The notes under the pieces: generated by a model
Seen by the model: only the letters and a program-made list of their open reading frames with translations
The model's database searches: none
Told to the model about the DNA's origin: nothing
Program-made: the position numbers and the translations under genes
Shown here: piece after piece, positions 25,967 through 38,985 of the stretch
Layout: each line of letters begins with the position of its first letter
Position numbering within the stretch: position 1 is the first letter of the stretch
Assembly (NCBI RefSeq): GCF_008831285.2
Contig: NC_045138.2
Coordinates: 8,432,001 to 8,496,000, forward strand
DNA length: 64,000 nucleotides
Direction: 5' to 3'
Origin: Nymphaea colorata
Lineage: Eukaryota

Positions 25967-28900
25967 TTATATCACTGAATTAACCTCCTTAGGCGCATCT
26001 GACCCTACGCCTAAGCCTGTTATCGCCCTGGCCTCTGCTGCTCTGCTGCTCTCAGCCCTGTTGGCCGTGGAAGTGGCTCTTCTCGTGGGAAGGTTCGTAA
26101 CAGATCCTCCCTCCTTAGATGGAGCTTGTCCCCAAGCTCCTACTTTCGGGAACCGATGGGAGACTCTATCAAATTCCGCCCACGAGGTGCCACTATCTGG
26201 TCCTTCCCATTCTACTAGGACTTCATGCATAACCCTACCTTGACATTGTACATGCCTATGCTGCAGGATTCGGTAAGGTGTAAGCAGTTGGTTTGGAATT
26301 TGCTCTATTACTGAAGGAAATGGCCCCAAATGGGGTTTGAGCCTAGAGACATAGAAGACCGGATGTACCTGGGCCATCTTTGGAAGAGCTAATCTGTAAG
26401 CAGCTTTTCCAATTTTATGCACGATGGGGTACGACCCATAATACTTAGGCAATAACTTTGAGTACGGCTGCCCCAGAAGTGATTTCTGCTTCATGGGCAG
26501 CCTCTTTAACCAGACGTGATCTCCTTCATTGAACTCCCTATCGTTACGTCCCATATCATACGTTTGCTTCATCTGGTTCTGGGCTCTCAAGATATTCTGC
26601 TTTAAGGAGGCCAGAACCTCTTCTCTGGAACGTAGCTCGCAATCAACTCTATCTTCAACTGTTGTTCCTCCCTCATACCATGGGATCAAGGGATGTGGAA
26701 AACCATAAAGTGCCTCATATGGAGTGATTCCGGTTGATGTGTGCCAGCTTGTGTTATAGGACCATTCGGCCCATGAGAGGTATTTGGCCCAAGTGTTGGG
26801 CCTTTCGCCAGCAAAACACCAGAGATAGGTTTCCAATGATCTATTCACTATCTTTGTTTGCCCATCCGTTTGGGGATGATGAGCAGTACTGTATTGCAGA
26901 GTGGTCCCCATGTTCTTCATGTACTCCTTCCAAAATGCGCTAAGGAATATAGAATCCCTGTCGCAGACTATAGTTTGGGGAACACCATGCAATTTTCCGA
27001 CATAGTCATGGTAGACGGTTGCTACCATGGGTACCTGATACATCCTTGGCAAATGAGCAAAATGGCTGTATTTGGTGAGACGATCTACTACGACCAATAT
27101 TGCTTCATTGCCTTCAGATTTTGGCATTGGGTCAATGAAGTCCATGGTCACGTCGACCCATGGCTTCGTTGGAACTGGAAGAAAATTAAGGTGGCCTGGT
27201 GGTTTAATGGTTTCATACTTTTTTCTTTGGCATATGGTGCATTCTTTGATGAAACCTTGGACGTCTGCCTTCAGACCTTGCCACCAAACTTTGGTCTTGA
27301 TTCTTTGTATAGTTTTCGCAAAATTTGGTCTTGATTCTTTGTATAGTTTTCGCAACACCCTCATGACCCGCTGATGGTGCTGAGTTGAAATGGTACAGCA
27401 GTTCTTTCTTAAGGGTCGATCCTGGAGGTATGACCGCCCTATTCTTCCTTTGAAGAATATTCCCCTTCATGGTATAGTGGGGAATGGACCCTGGGTTCTA
27501 AGTGGTTGACGCTCTTACGAGTTTGAGCCTATCATCACTGGCTTGTTTGTTGCTGATTCTTTCCCATAGGTCGGTTTTCAGTACTGAAAGAGTGTTCAAT
27601 TGTTCACTCAGTCAGAATAGTGCATCAGCTGCGTTATTGTGTGGACCACGCTTGTATTCTATACCAAAGTCGTATCCAAGTAACTTGGCCAACCATCTTT
27701 GTTGGGTTGGTGTGGATACCCTCTGCTTTAGCATATGCCTAAGGCTACTGTGGTATGTTCTAACCGTGAACCAACGACCAATTAAGTATGGCCTCCACTT
27801 TTTGACTGCCAAAACTATAGCCAATAGCTCCTTTTCGTAAGTTGACAAGGGCTTGGCTCGGTTGGTCAATGCTTTTGACATATAAGCTATTTGGATGCTT
27901 TTCTTGACTCAGAACCGCTCCAATGCCCGTGTCACAGGCGTCGGTTTCAACAACAAACTTTTTGTTGAAATCTGGTAGTGTTAAAACAGGTGCAGACATA
28001 AGTGCCAGTTTCAATTGCTCAAAGGCCCTTTTAGCTTTGTCGTTCCATACAAAGGCGCCTTTCTTCAACATCTGTGTGAGTGAGCTACAATTAGCCCGTA
28101 CCCTTGGATGAAACGCCTGTAGTATCCTGTGAGACCGAGGAAGCCTCATAAGCCTTTGAGGTCTTTGGGCAGTGGCCATGCCTCCATGGCTTGCAGTTTT
28201 TCGGGGTCTGCCCTAACCCCTTCTCGGGACACGATATGCCCCAAATACCCAATTGACGTCTTTTCAAAACTACATTTGGACCTTTTTGCATAAAGTGTGT
28301 TTGCCCTCAGTATGGCTAATACCGTAGCAAGGTGCTATACGTGTTCTTCCACTGATTTGCTATACACTAGGATGTCATAAAAAAAGACTAATACAAAATC
28401 ACGCAATTGGCTTCTGAACGTTTCATGTACCTCTGGAATGTTGCTGGTGCATTTGTTAACTCGAATGACATTACTAGAAATTCGTAATGGCCATCGTGGG
28501 TTCGAAAAGCCGTTTTTTCGATGTCATCTTCATACATCCTGATTTGGTGATACTCTGCCCTGAGATCGAGTTTAGAGAAGATGGTGGCACCTATAAGTTC
28601 GTCCAACAGTTCGTCAATAACAGGTATAGGGTGCCTGTCTTTGACTGTAGTCTCGTTGAGGGCTCTGTAATCAACATAGAACCTCCATGTGTTGTCCTTT
28701 TTCTTCACCAACAGAACAGGTGAGGAAAACGGGCTACTGCTAGAACGTATGATTCCATCTCCTAACATCTCCTTTACAAGCCGTTCGATCTCTGCTTTTT
28801 GGTGGTAGCCATATCGGTATGGCCTCACATTTACTGCATCTGCCCCGTTGTTCATTATAATCCGGTGGTCATAGGACCGTTTAGGGGGCAAACCTTTGGG

Positions 28901-29150
28901 CTCACTGAAGACGTCTCTAAAATCTTCTAGTAACCGCTGCACTTCTTCAGGCACTATTTCCATTTTCTTCCGGATTGGTTACCGGAACATCTCTTGCCAT
29001 AGCCACAACCCAATAGGCTGGTTGTTGGGCTTTGATGGCTTTCATCATGGCCTTGGGTGCCAAAATCGTACTGACTGCCGTGAGGGTGACTTGAGTGTCG
29101 CCTCCCTCCTTAGCAAACGACATCGTCCTGCTCTTGAAGTCCCAAATTGG
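25967..29150 (-). pseudogene. pol remnant of element D (end of PR region, RT, RH, IN, chromodomain)
   Basis: [43 protein letters not shown]; chromodomain PYRILQHR..VLVEWEG..SW; several frameshifts. Confidence 0.92.
27290..27355. repeat. 34-bp-period tandem duplication frameshifting the integrase of D
   Basis: TTTGGTCTTGATTCTTTGTATAGTTTTCGCAA occurs twice. Confidence 0.9.
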
Positions 29151-31935
29151 TGCTTACGTGCACACTCTTTTGGCGACTGCTCCCGTCGATTGGCCGAGGG
29201 AAAGAGGCAAAGCCGACCGACCGTCTACCGGTGGTCTCATCTATTCCGCCTAAGCTTCTCTACTCGAGAAATCTATCAGGGCCGGGCCTCAAACTTCTAA
29301 GTCGTCCGGTCCTTCTCAGAACTTGGCCAAGGAGGAGTAGATTTTCCTAGTCGTTTTCGGCTAAGACGTATTAGGACCTGCCTAAAGAGTAAGAGCTGAG
29401 GAGATGATGGCACTTTTCTGATTCTCTAGTGCAGTCGGACGTCTTGCTACCAAGGGACAACCCAGGTTTTGAGAAGGAGCGGAGAACTTGGAAGTTTGAG
29501 ACTCGGATGGATTTCCTTGTGCGGTTTGTAGCAGGTTCAGTGAATGTGGATGCCCACACCACCTTCCAAAGTGTAAGAGGCGATTTAGGAAGTGGTAACT
29601 CCTTGGGCGTGCGAGCTACCTCCTTGGGCTTGCGAGCTACCCTTTGCCACATGGCCCCTCCTCGTTGTGCCGCCTCAAACCTTCCATAGGCTTATCCCGT
29701 CTAGGCTCAATGTACCTAGAGGCGATAATCCACTTTCCCAAAAGATTAGGAACTGATTAGGAAAGTGGCACCTTTCCTTTAGCGCGTGAGGGACACTTTG
29801 TGCACCTTCCTTTCTCCTTGCGGCACTTTCCAAAACCATCACCAATGGATAGCCCCTCCTTTTTTGTGCCTTCCACCACGAGCTGCCACCTGTCCACCAC
29901 GAGCTGGCTGCAGTTCAATTCATTCCTAAACCGCTAGAGAAGATTTTGGAAAGAATTGACCTCGGCGCCAAGTCGATCCAACCTTGTGCAACTAGGGTTT
30001 CTCTCCACAACTCGAGCTAGGGTTTCACAAACTACTTGGACCAAGATACCCTTGGAAGAATAATTATTAACTTAAGCAAATTAATTCACAAGAAGCGCAG
30101 TTCAGGAATAGTTCACCCAAATTCACGAACTGGCCGGAATTGGCTGGAGCTGGCATGAGTTGTCGCCGTAGATGGGGATATTGGACATGGAATCCAGCGA
30201 GAAGGCTGGCACAAATCAGTGATTTTTTGACAATTGTAATGACATCTGATCACCATAAAAATTGAGTATGATGGAGGACGACGAGATCTTTTCAATGATA
30301 TGGCACGTTCTCAGATTCTCAGTGGTTCACCAGAAAGAGCCCGTTGATCAGGCGGTTCTGCGGCGGCTGTGACAGAGTTATGGTGGCGGAACCAGTGTGT
30401 CCTTTTGTAGATTTGAATAACTTACCGAACCCCCGATCTCCACCAAAATTTAGTATGTTGTACATGACATCTAGAGCTTTCGAACGATATATTATATGCC
30501 CTCTGACTCCCAGCAATTCGTCGAAAACAGCCTACTGATCAGGTAGTTCAATCACAACTTCCAGTAAGAACCCGCGACTACTCCCTTGAGCGGATCTTCT
30601 TTTCTTTTCTTCTCCTTCTTCCTCATTTCACTCTATTGTACCAATTAACTTAGATCCACACAAGATCCACACAATCTGGATGTGAAACCATCGAATCTGG
30701 CTGGGGTTATCTAGAGAGAATTCTGAATGTAGGCGGCTGGTTTGGGGCCAACTAGATACTTCGTTTCCCTCCTTGTTGAACCGAAAAACAAGATCTTCCT
30801 TCCACTTGATGCCGCTTTGATCAGTTTCGGTTAGATGAGAAGAATCTCGAATGCAAAGACTGTTCTCACGTTGATGTTGTGGATAGGGCTGAACCAAAAC
30901 TCCTACCACTAAGTATCAGAAGAGGGGGATACTTCGCTCATGGTAGAAATTTCACCGGATGTCGATGATGGAGAGTCGGTAGGCAGAACCATGGCTCGTC
31001 ATCTTTTCCACCTCCCTATAGCACGACTGCCTCTAAACACCTGCATTTTCACGGCGAATGCATGGCTGCCCACCCAAGATCTTCTTGGTTCGGGTGCGTT
31101 GATGAACTCCATCGCTAATGACTACCGACGGTCATTAATCGATTGGATCTCTTCAATAATCTCATGGCTTGGTGAATATTGTTGTGTAGTGCTTCAAGGA
31201 AGCTATGACTTAAGGCCCAAGAGACTCTCCATGCATGAAGGAAAGAGAAAACTCAATTTGATTATGCATATAATGAAATAAGTGTCTCGGTTTCTAACTT
31301 AAATATGAGAGTTAGAACCGGTACGGTCAAAGTTTTGAGATGAGACACAAAGCCAACTGGAACAAGAACAAAAACCGGTACAAAGTCTTTAAAACAAAAT
31401 CAAAGAGTCAAAGTCTAGTTTGGGCCGAAGCCCCACTCGCCTGGGTTTTGCCAGAGCTCCTCAATCTGGTGTGCGAAGTGGGCTCGAGCCCATCTCGCCT
31501 AGGTCAACCTGGGCTGCTCGAATTGAACTCCTCTTCATGCCGAGCCCACCATTTCTTCAGCTAGGCAAGCTTAGCCTAGGTCTTCCTCCCGTTTTGTGCT
31601 CTTACCCTCCCTGAGGTTTCCAACGCATCTTGTACTTTGCTCCATTATATCTCACTCTCGAGTGATAGCATCACTAAGAGAATCCACACCTCTGCTCTCC
31701 GTCGCCTTAGCCGACCCTGTCAAGTCAACCTCCCTAAGTTCCTCGTCACCTCCCTTAGCTGCTGTCGCAGTCCCATTCTTAGCCTCCATGTGAATCTCCT
31801 TGCATCCTATAGGCACGCCCTCGCAACACAAGATAGTCTCACTTTGATTTAAGGTGCCTTCAGTAGAAGTCCCAGCACGAGATAATCAAGCTCTAAGTGG
31901 GCTCGTATCATCACCCTAGTTTGAATTCGAAATCA

Positions 31936-34900
31936 TGTAACGACCCTGGCCGAGTACTTAAGCCAGGCTGAACGATGCATGGTCAGATGATGAGTCTGTA
32001 AATGCTTTGAGTCTTGTAAGTTTGCTTGTCAAGAAAAATACTAAGTCCTCGAGTTGAGACAAAGCCTGGTTGTCCCCTTGTTCCTTGAGTTTCTGTACGC
32101 GTGGTGATAGGCTAGTAAGTCTAAGAGTGCAAACTTACATCGTGCAGAAAAAACGAAAGAAAAAATCATCCTTGTAACACTTACTGTGGCACCTTTGAAT
32201 CAAAATTATCTCTCCAAGATAGCATAGGCACCACAAAAGCAATTGAGGACTAATAACAAAAGTTGCACCATGGATGCTAGTAGTAAAAGTAGCAAAAAAT
32301 TGGAAGCTGATTGGACATAAAACATTATATCCTAAAAAATAAATAGGGAGACTTGGTGGCTAGCCATTTGGTCACACAGAGATAAAAAGATTCACTAAGA
32401 GCTAAAGGTTACGGCCTAGATTCAACTGCCTGGGCTCCCAACTAACCTATGGAACTGTTAGGGTCAGTCTTGGCTACGACAGATTTATTACTTGCGTCCA
32501 CCGATCCTACTAAAGACCTTGGAGATTCTGACAACGATAGGTATTAAAATTTAATACAATAGTGGTTTTTTCTGGTCGGACAGGACACCGATGCAAATAA
32601 TAGGTCAATGAAGTACATGAAGGGTTTAACCCACCCAAGAGGTCTCCAAATCCTACTAAAATGAACTATAAGGGTTGTGAGGCTAGTACAAATAGCAGCG
32701 ATACATTTGAACATCCTCCTCACTCAACATTCATTCATCCATGCAAACCACCCTGTTATACAATCCCTAGGTGAATGCAAACTACACCTGTCACCCTAGG
32801 TGGTCTACAACCCGAAAAGCGTGTCCTTAGCAATATACTTTATAGGGATTCCAGTGGGTTGTCTTATCCCAAAGACTGGTTTGAAAACAAAGAACACCCT
32901 CCCCGTTCTATAGGGTGATCCAAGTGCTCACCTTCTGAGGCCACACTCAGGGACTCCACGTGCTTCACCAAAGGTAAAGACCGGTAGCAACAGAAGTCTG
33001 CCCCTTTGGTATTTTCAGCAACCTCCTCTTCATGGCAGCACGTTCAATCCTCCTTCATTAGAGCAAGAATGAAATAAATCAAGCTCTTATCACAAAAGAC
33101 AACAAGAGAGAGAGTGGCGGATCTAGTCACCCGGTTGCCGTTTGACCCCAAGTTGATTTCAATAGAAGTTGAGGGATGCAATCACCGATTTCTCTTGGCG
33201 GATGCGGTTCTTTCTCTCCCCGTCTAAGCCTCCAAGTTCTGGCGTTTGAGGGTCACCGATTGCAGCAAGTAGGCTTCGGCTTTAATCATCCTCACGAGCT
33301 CACATTCAAGTCTAGGAACTTCGGTCTCTTGATAGCATAGAAAGATAGGCAACAATTCAACGATCAATCAAGATATAAGAATCAATTAGGAGGTAGTGCA
33401 CTTCACCGGATCAAATATAAACCCCAAGGAAGAGACGTCCAAATGGGGGAAGCAAGCTAGGAAAGCGCCCAAGCACGCATGTCTTCATTTTGGTGAGCTA
33501 TGTTGATCGGAGTCCGACGGTGTGATCTCCTCCGACCGAGCAAGAAATCTCCAAGTATGTTGAATCTCCTCCCTGGTGCTGCGGGTTAGAGTTGGCTGCT
33601 ACTCATTCCTTCATGGGAGATCACGTCTAGGGAATGTGGATCTTCCTTAGGTGGCACACCTCCTTCTTTAGCAAGAACAATGGTGTAGATCGCCCCCTTG
33701 TTTGGCTATGGACTCCACCAAGGACACATGTATGGTCCTAACTCCACTGTGCCTTAGTGTCTAGGTTCAATGTATCTTGAGGTGTCATCTTCCCTCCCAA
33801 CGTTGTAGATCGAGATTGAGAGAAATGAGCAGCTTTCCCTCTAGCGTAGGATTTTCTTTGGCAAGTGGCAACACCTCCTACTTCCACATGGCTAGAGTCC
33901 AATTCGAGATAGGACTCCTTCCTAAAATGTTGGAGACGATATGGGCAATGAATGAGTCTCCTTTTTGACGTGGACTCCTCCTAACAAGTGGCATATTCTC
34001 CTTCACCAACGTGTCCAATCTCCAGCTCGCGTTGGATTCCTTCCTCAAATGTTGCGCCAATATGGACTCATTCCAAATGTGGCGCCTAATCTCCTTGCTG
34101 ATTTGGACTCCTTTCAAATGTGGTGCCCAGCTGGAATGTGACCAAGCTCTCACACCTTCCACGTGTCTCCTGCCTTTAGTTGGTTGTGATTCACCTTCCA
34201 ACTTTGCAGGAGCTGGATTAGGAAGGCTGCAGCTCATGCACGACGCCAAGGAATGACTCGAAACCCTATTGCGCTAGGGTTTCTAGTCGTCAAATGTGGA
34301 TGCCTAGCCGCAGTTCACTTAGTCCAAACTGCCTTTACACAGGCCCAAATATAATATGATAATTAATTAATGGACAAGGGTAATGTTGGAAGATGTCACC
34401 AAATTGAAGCTGCCAGAATCTCGCCGGAAAAGTCGCCAGAGTTGCCCAAATGTAAATCGGAATTGTAGCAGAGACGCTGGTGCAACTCATAGTCCGATAG
34501 ACATGATTTCAGTAGCCAATAAAATCTGATTATGATGAAATTTGAGTATGTTGTAGCTAACTTCCTAAGCTTTTGAATGGTATCAAGATCTCAACGAGAG
34601 CCCTCATAGATCGCTAGGAATCAGCCACTAATCAGGCGGATCCGATGCTGGTCGCTACAGGGTTGCGGTAGAAGATTTCCGTTCTGTTCTGCCACCAATT
34701 TGACCACCAAAATGACCTCCGATCACCACAAAATTTGGATGTGTGGTAGTAGACTTCAAGACAATTCCAACAGTATGTATAACTCCTCACAAGTCTCACA
34801 GAATCTCCAGATACAGGTCAAAGAATAGAGATCAATGTCTGGTTGCAGACAGGAATAGTACAACCGGTTCTTCTCCTGCTTTCTCCTCTGAACTCTCCCA

Positions 34901-37900
34901 AACGATAGAACAACTTGAAGCACGAGTAGGGGAAGAGATATCTCGCCAAACTGAGACCTTCTAGACCAAAATTACATTGTTAGACACTTGTTGTAACAGC
35001 AAGGGAATGCACTGCAAGATTGATCTATCACTCGATCGATTTAGACTTCGTCTAAGGCTGAAATCTCTTGGGTATTCACACGTTAGACAAGGAACTTAAA
35101 TCGTGTGTCTTCACTCATGTTAGATCATACTCAATAGAATTGCAAACCAGCAATCTACCTAAGTATCTTGGAGGGATGATACTTAGCCCATGTAAAAGGC
35201 TGCCGGTAGTCAAAGTGCTAGAAGGAAGAGCCGCTGCCGCAGCTGCAACACTGTTTTCTTCTTCACACATCCTCTTGCTTCATTGGCCTCTAAACCCTCC
35301 CGTGGTCGAAGGGAATGCACATAGGAAGAGGATAACGTTGCTGGTTCTTCCGGTGACAGATTCTGGTGGCCATCCCACTGGTTGAACCCTCAATGTCGCT
35401 AACTCAATGGAGAACGTTTGGATGTAGTGCCACAAGGGGCCACACCCTAGGAGCAAAATCTCACACGCACAAGTGGAGAGAGAAATCAACTCAAATTCAA
35501 TTGCATAATGAAAAAGTGTCTCAATTTTCAACCTTTATAGAGTAGGTTGAACCGGTTCAAATATGACTCGGTATGAGTCTTACAAAAACTCGAGTCAAAA
35601 GGCCTCTAAAAGCAAACTAATACTTAAACAAATAAGCAAATAAGTTCAAATGCTGAAAAGAAAAGTCAAAGTCTTTGGGCGCAAGGCCCCACTTGTTTGG
35701 GTGACGCCCAAGCTCGCCTTCTCATGCCGTGGATCAAGTGGGCTCAAGCTCCCAACTTGCCTAGGTTGACCTAGGCTGCCTTCTACATCAAACTCCTCGT
35801 GCCGAGCCCACCTCATCGGCTACTAGTGGTGCCGATGCTTCTAGGTGAGAGTTACCTAGGTCTTCAACTTGGTCCGCTCCAATGAGGCTGATAACCTCAC
35901 TTTGTTTCCGCATGCCATCGCCATCCGTAGTCACTTCTGAAGCATGAAAGATAGTCTCACTTTGTTTGGAGATGCCTCCCATGGTTGTGCCCGTACTAGA
36001 GATCATAGCCTCAATTTTGCATCGTAAGGCCTTTGGCATCGGTCGTAGTCATCCTCGACAGAACACTAGGCTGGTCCGTAATAGGAACGACTATACACTC
36101 CAAAGAGTGGCAAAAACTTTGAAAGGGAGTTTCGTTACAAAAACTTTTAGATAAGGGGCTCACGTGATTGAGTGGGAGTTAAGCACGAAGGAGCTGGTTA
36201 CTTCCGGCCATGCGCTCTAGCTTCGTCGTTCGTAGTCCGATTTGGCTGAAATTTGGCCGAGAGAAAGCTAACACCTGGGCAATCCTAACTATATACTCAA
36301 TTGATCACGATTGACCATGGGATTCTTCAGATCTGTAATGATTTTGAGTAAAGTTTTGAAATGAAAGAAGCATCGACAGACGCCGCCTTCGTCTTCCTCC
36401 TCTCGTCTGCAACACCTTCACCCGAGAGCTCGTGAAGCTCCATTTCTGCAACCAGAGGTCACGACGGTGGTCCTCCCCTCCCAAAACTCCTCTGGTGCTT
36501 CTTCACCGGGAGTCCTACGGCGAGAAGAACCGACGGGTTCTTCCCACCTTCGTTTTCCGTCCCCATTTCCACGAAACAGCACAAGCTAGTCGCGGCTTCG
36601 ATGATCACGGTCGAGGTGAGTGGGCTAGCTCGTCAACAGGGAAGGAGGCTCTGGGATATTCGTGTCTAGGCGACCAAACAGCTCCCGGGGTGCTCAGAAG
36701 ATCGATTCCGTTGAGAAGTCGAGCGTCGGGTGAGAAGGAACAGCGTGCAGGCCTCAGCAAGCCGACGCACTCCCTCCCTCGATCGGACGACCAATCATCG
36801 AAATCTTTTGGGGCTTTTGCCCCCACTGCATTCCTCGGGAAGTCTACTACAACTTTTCCTTTTGAATCGTTCGATTTGATGGAGAATCGACGCCGGAAAA
36901 GCAAGAAAACGCTGGCTGGTTCCTGACAAGCTCCGCCGCCGACCTCTTCCCGTTTCCGGCGACTTTCTCGGAGATCCGACCGTCGGATCATCAAAATTCC
37001 GGTGCCATTCTCTTCCTGACATCCGTGCGCATCAACTCACCAAGTTTCGCGAAGATCCGACGGTGGATGGCGGCGTGAGAGAGCACGGATGGAATCTGGC
37101 GGAAATCGGCGGCGATTTCTGTGTATCGCCGCCTGACGCCGCTGCGACCCAAGATCCGGCCATATCTTGGGATTCCCGGCGAATCTGGTGATGTTCTAAC
37201 TCTAGATCTCTTCGTTTTTCAATTATCTTTCCATCCATACCAGTTTCATGGCGAGATTCGTCGTGGTTTGTCCGATTTGAAGCTCAGAAGGTCGGATTCT
37301 GCTGAGAAAACCGAAACTCTGCCCCTGAACGCATCAGATTTTCCGGCGGACTTAGGGGCTCAACGACTTGGACTTGAAGTGCTCCGTTGGCCCCCATTTT
37401 TGGGGCGTCTAATCCTCTAGATGTTGGCTTCCTCTCAGCCAAATTTCAGCATTTTTGGAGCTTCCTACGATTTTTGGGAATTTTTTGAAGCAGCAAGTGT
37501 CTGGCGGGTCTTCTTCTTCCAGAACCTGTGAAAACCGAGCTCGGTGGATTTCTCTTCGTCGATTGGAGCTTCCATGGCGTCCGGCTTCGCCTTTCCTGTG
37601 TTCTGTCACTCCCTGGTGTGCTAGAGCTCGCCTTCCTTCATCCGAAACCAGCTGCAACTCCCTCACAGAGGTTGTCTTCGTGGTGAACCCTCGTCCCCAA
37701 ACGAGTAAATCTATGCTCGAGCTTCTCCACGAACAGAGGGTTTTCCCTCATGCTTCTCCCGAATCGATTTCTCTTCGGGACAAGCACCTAATCCGGAGGT
37801 GTCGAGACGCGGCTGGAGACAGGAAACAGAGATACCGAGAGCTGCTAATTGAAACCCTCGCATGGCTGGTGAAGGGCCGTTAGTTCACGGGCTCCTTGGA

Positions 37901-38985
37901 GAGATCTGAGCTCTGATGTTCAGCTTTGGAGGACTCCTCACTCTGGTCGCAGTGCCCTGCTGAGAAGGCCACCCTCTTGCTGAAGCCGTGAAGCTGCCAC
38001 TTCAAACCCCGTTTCCTGTCGTTCGAGTAAAGGAGGAGAAACAAAGTCGGGCATTCCTGAGTTTGCTTGTGCGCTGCGACAGACCCCTTCCCTCGCTGTC
38101 CCCGAGCTGCTGGTTTTGACTGGGGAGGAGAACGACGACAGAGCTTCCTTCGAACCAAACCGACGCTGCTTTCTGCTCAGAGAACAGGGGACGACTCGAC
38201 GAACAGCGCTGGGATCCTCTCTTCCGCGCGAGGCGATCCTCTACTCCCTGTCCCGAAGCTCTGAACCGAAGCAGCTGTCAGTCATCGACGCCTTACCGGT
38301 TGCTGTTGTGCGCTCCTGAGTCAGGGACGTCCCCTGCTGCTGCTGCTGGAGAGGGCCGAACAGAACTCTCCTTGCTGACAAGTTACAGAAACAAAGCTGC
38401 TCGGGTGATGTATTTCTTGATGCGGTCGGGTGTGCTGAGACCAAACTGTGCAAAGGGGCCTGAACCGAACGTGTCTTTCCTCTTTCAGCGAGCTTGAGGC
38501 TCAACCCACGTGACAAAGTGGGCTGATTGCTGAGTGCTTTGACCCGGTCTTTTTGGTCAAGGCGTCGCCTGGACTATCTCCGGGAAGGTTGGTGTTACTT
38601 TCCCCCTGTAGAGCGGGAAATCGGGTGTACTTTGTTTGAGCCCGCCTTTGAAGGCGTTGCGGCCGACCGAGGTCCTCTGAGGCACGAGTGCCGAAGACAC
38701 ACCTACGGGCTGCTTGACCACCTAGGGGTTACGGGCGTGGTTTGCTCGACTAGGCATGCTTGTATGGTTTGGCTTGTGAATGTGATGCGCATTGAGTGAG
38801 GCGAGTGCTTATTTGTATCACATCGGTTGTACTAGCCTCTTCCCTCTTACGTCTAGTTAGGAGTTGGCCTTTGGGATATTTCGGGAAACCATCCAGTTTA
38901 CACGTCCTAGGGAAAAAATTTTAGCCGGGGTTGCATGTCCGGTGGGAATCGAGTTGTATAAGCCTCCATCAATGGGATCCCATCA
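31936..38985 (+). mobile_element. Plus-oriented long LTR (G; downstream part E-like), interrupted by solo LTR F
   Basis: Begins TGTAACGACCC; TATATA at 36290-36295; 36335-38969 is the reverse complement of family E LTR sequence; ends GGGATCCCATCA. No matching TSD, so the left boundary is inferred. Confidence 0.65.
32456..36083 (-). mobile_element. Solo LTR, family F (3628 bp, C-related)
   Basis: TGTTAGGGTC...GGTCCGTAATA; TSD GGAAC (32451-32455 / 36084-36088). Confidence 0.9.

Larger units (their letters stand above)
9630..29150 (-). mobile_element. 5'-truncated Ty3/Gypsy chromovirus, family D (3' LTR 9630-9663 plus 22519-26102; internal region 26103 to about 29150)
   Basis: LTR begins TGTTAGGACTTG and ends GGTTCGTAACA, followed by the PPT complement GATCCTCCCTCC. 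RT, RNase H and integrase remnants present; sequence breaks off just after the protease region. Confidence 0.85.
2059..31910 (-). mobile_element. Outer long LTR (family C), fragmented by nested insertions; pieces at 2059-2069, 9224-9629 and about 29150-31910
   Basis: Starts TGGTAGGGTCT and resumes after TSD GGTCT as GCCCAAATGCAGCTACGAAAA. Pieces are colinear with solo LTR 32456-36083 (e.g. TAGGTGGTCTACAACCCG..GTGTCCTT). Ends GCTCGTATCA at 31910. Flanks GAAAA/TCACC do not match, so joining the pieces is inferred. A 32-bp related LTR end sits at 2027-2058. Confidence 0.6.
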
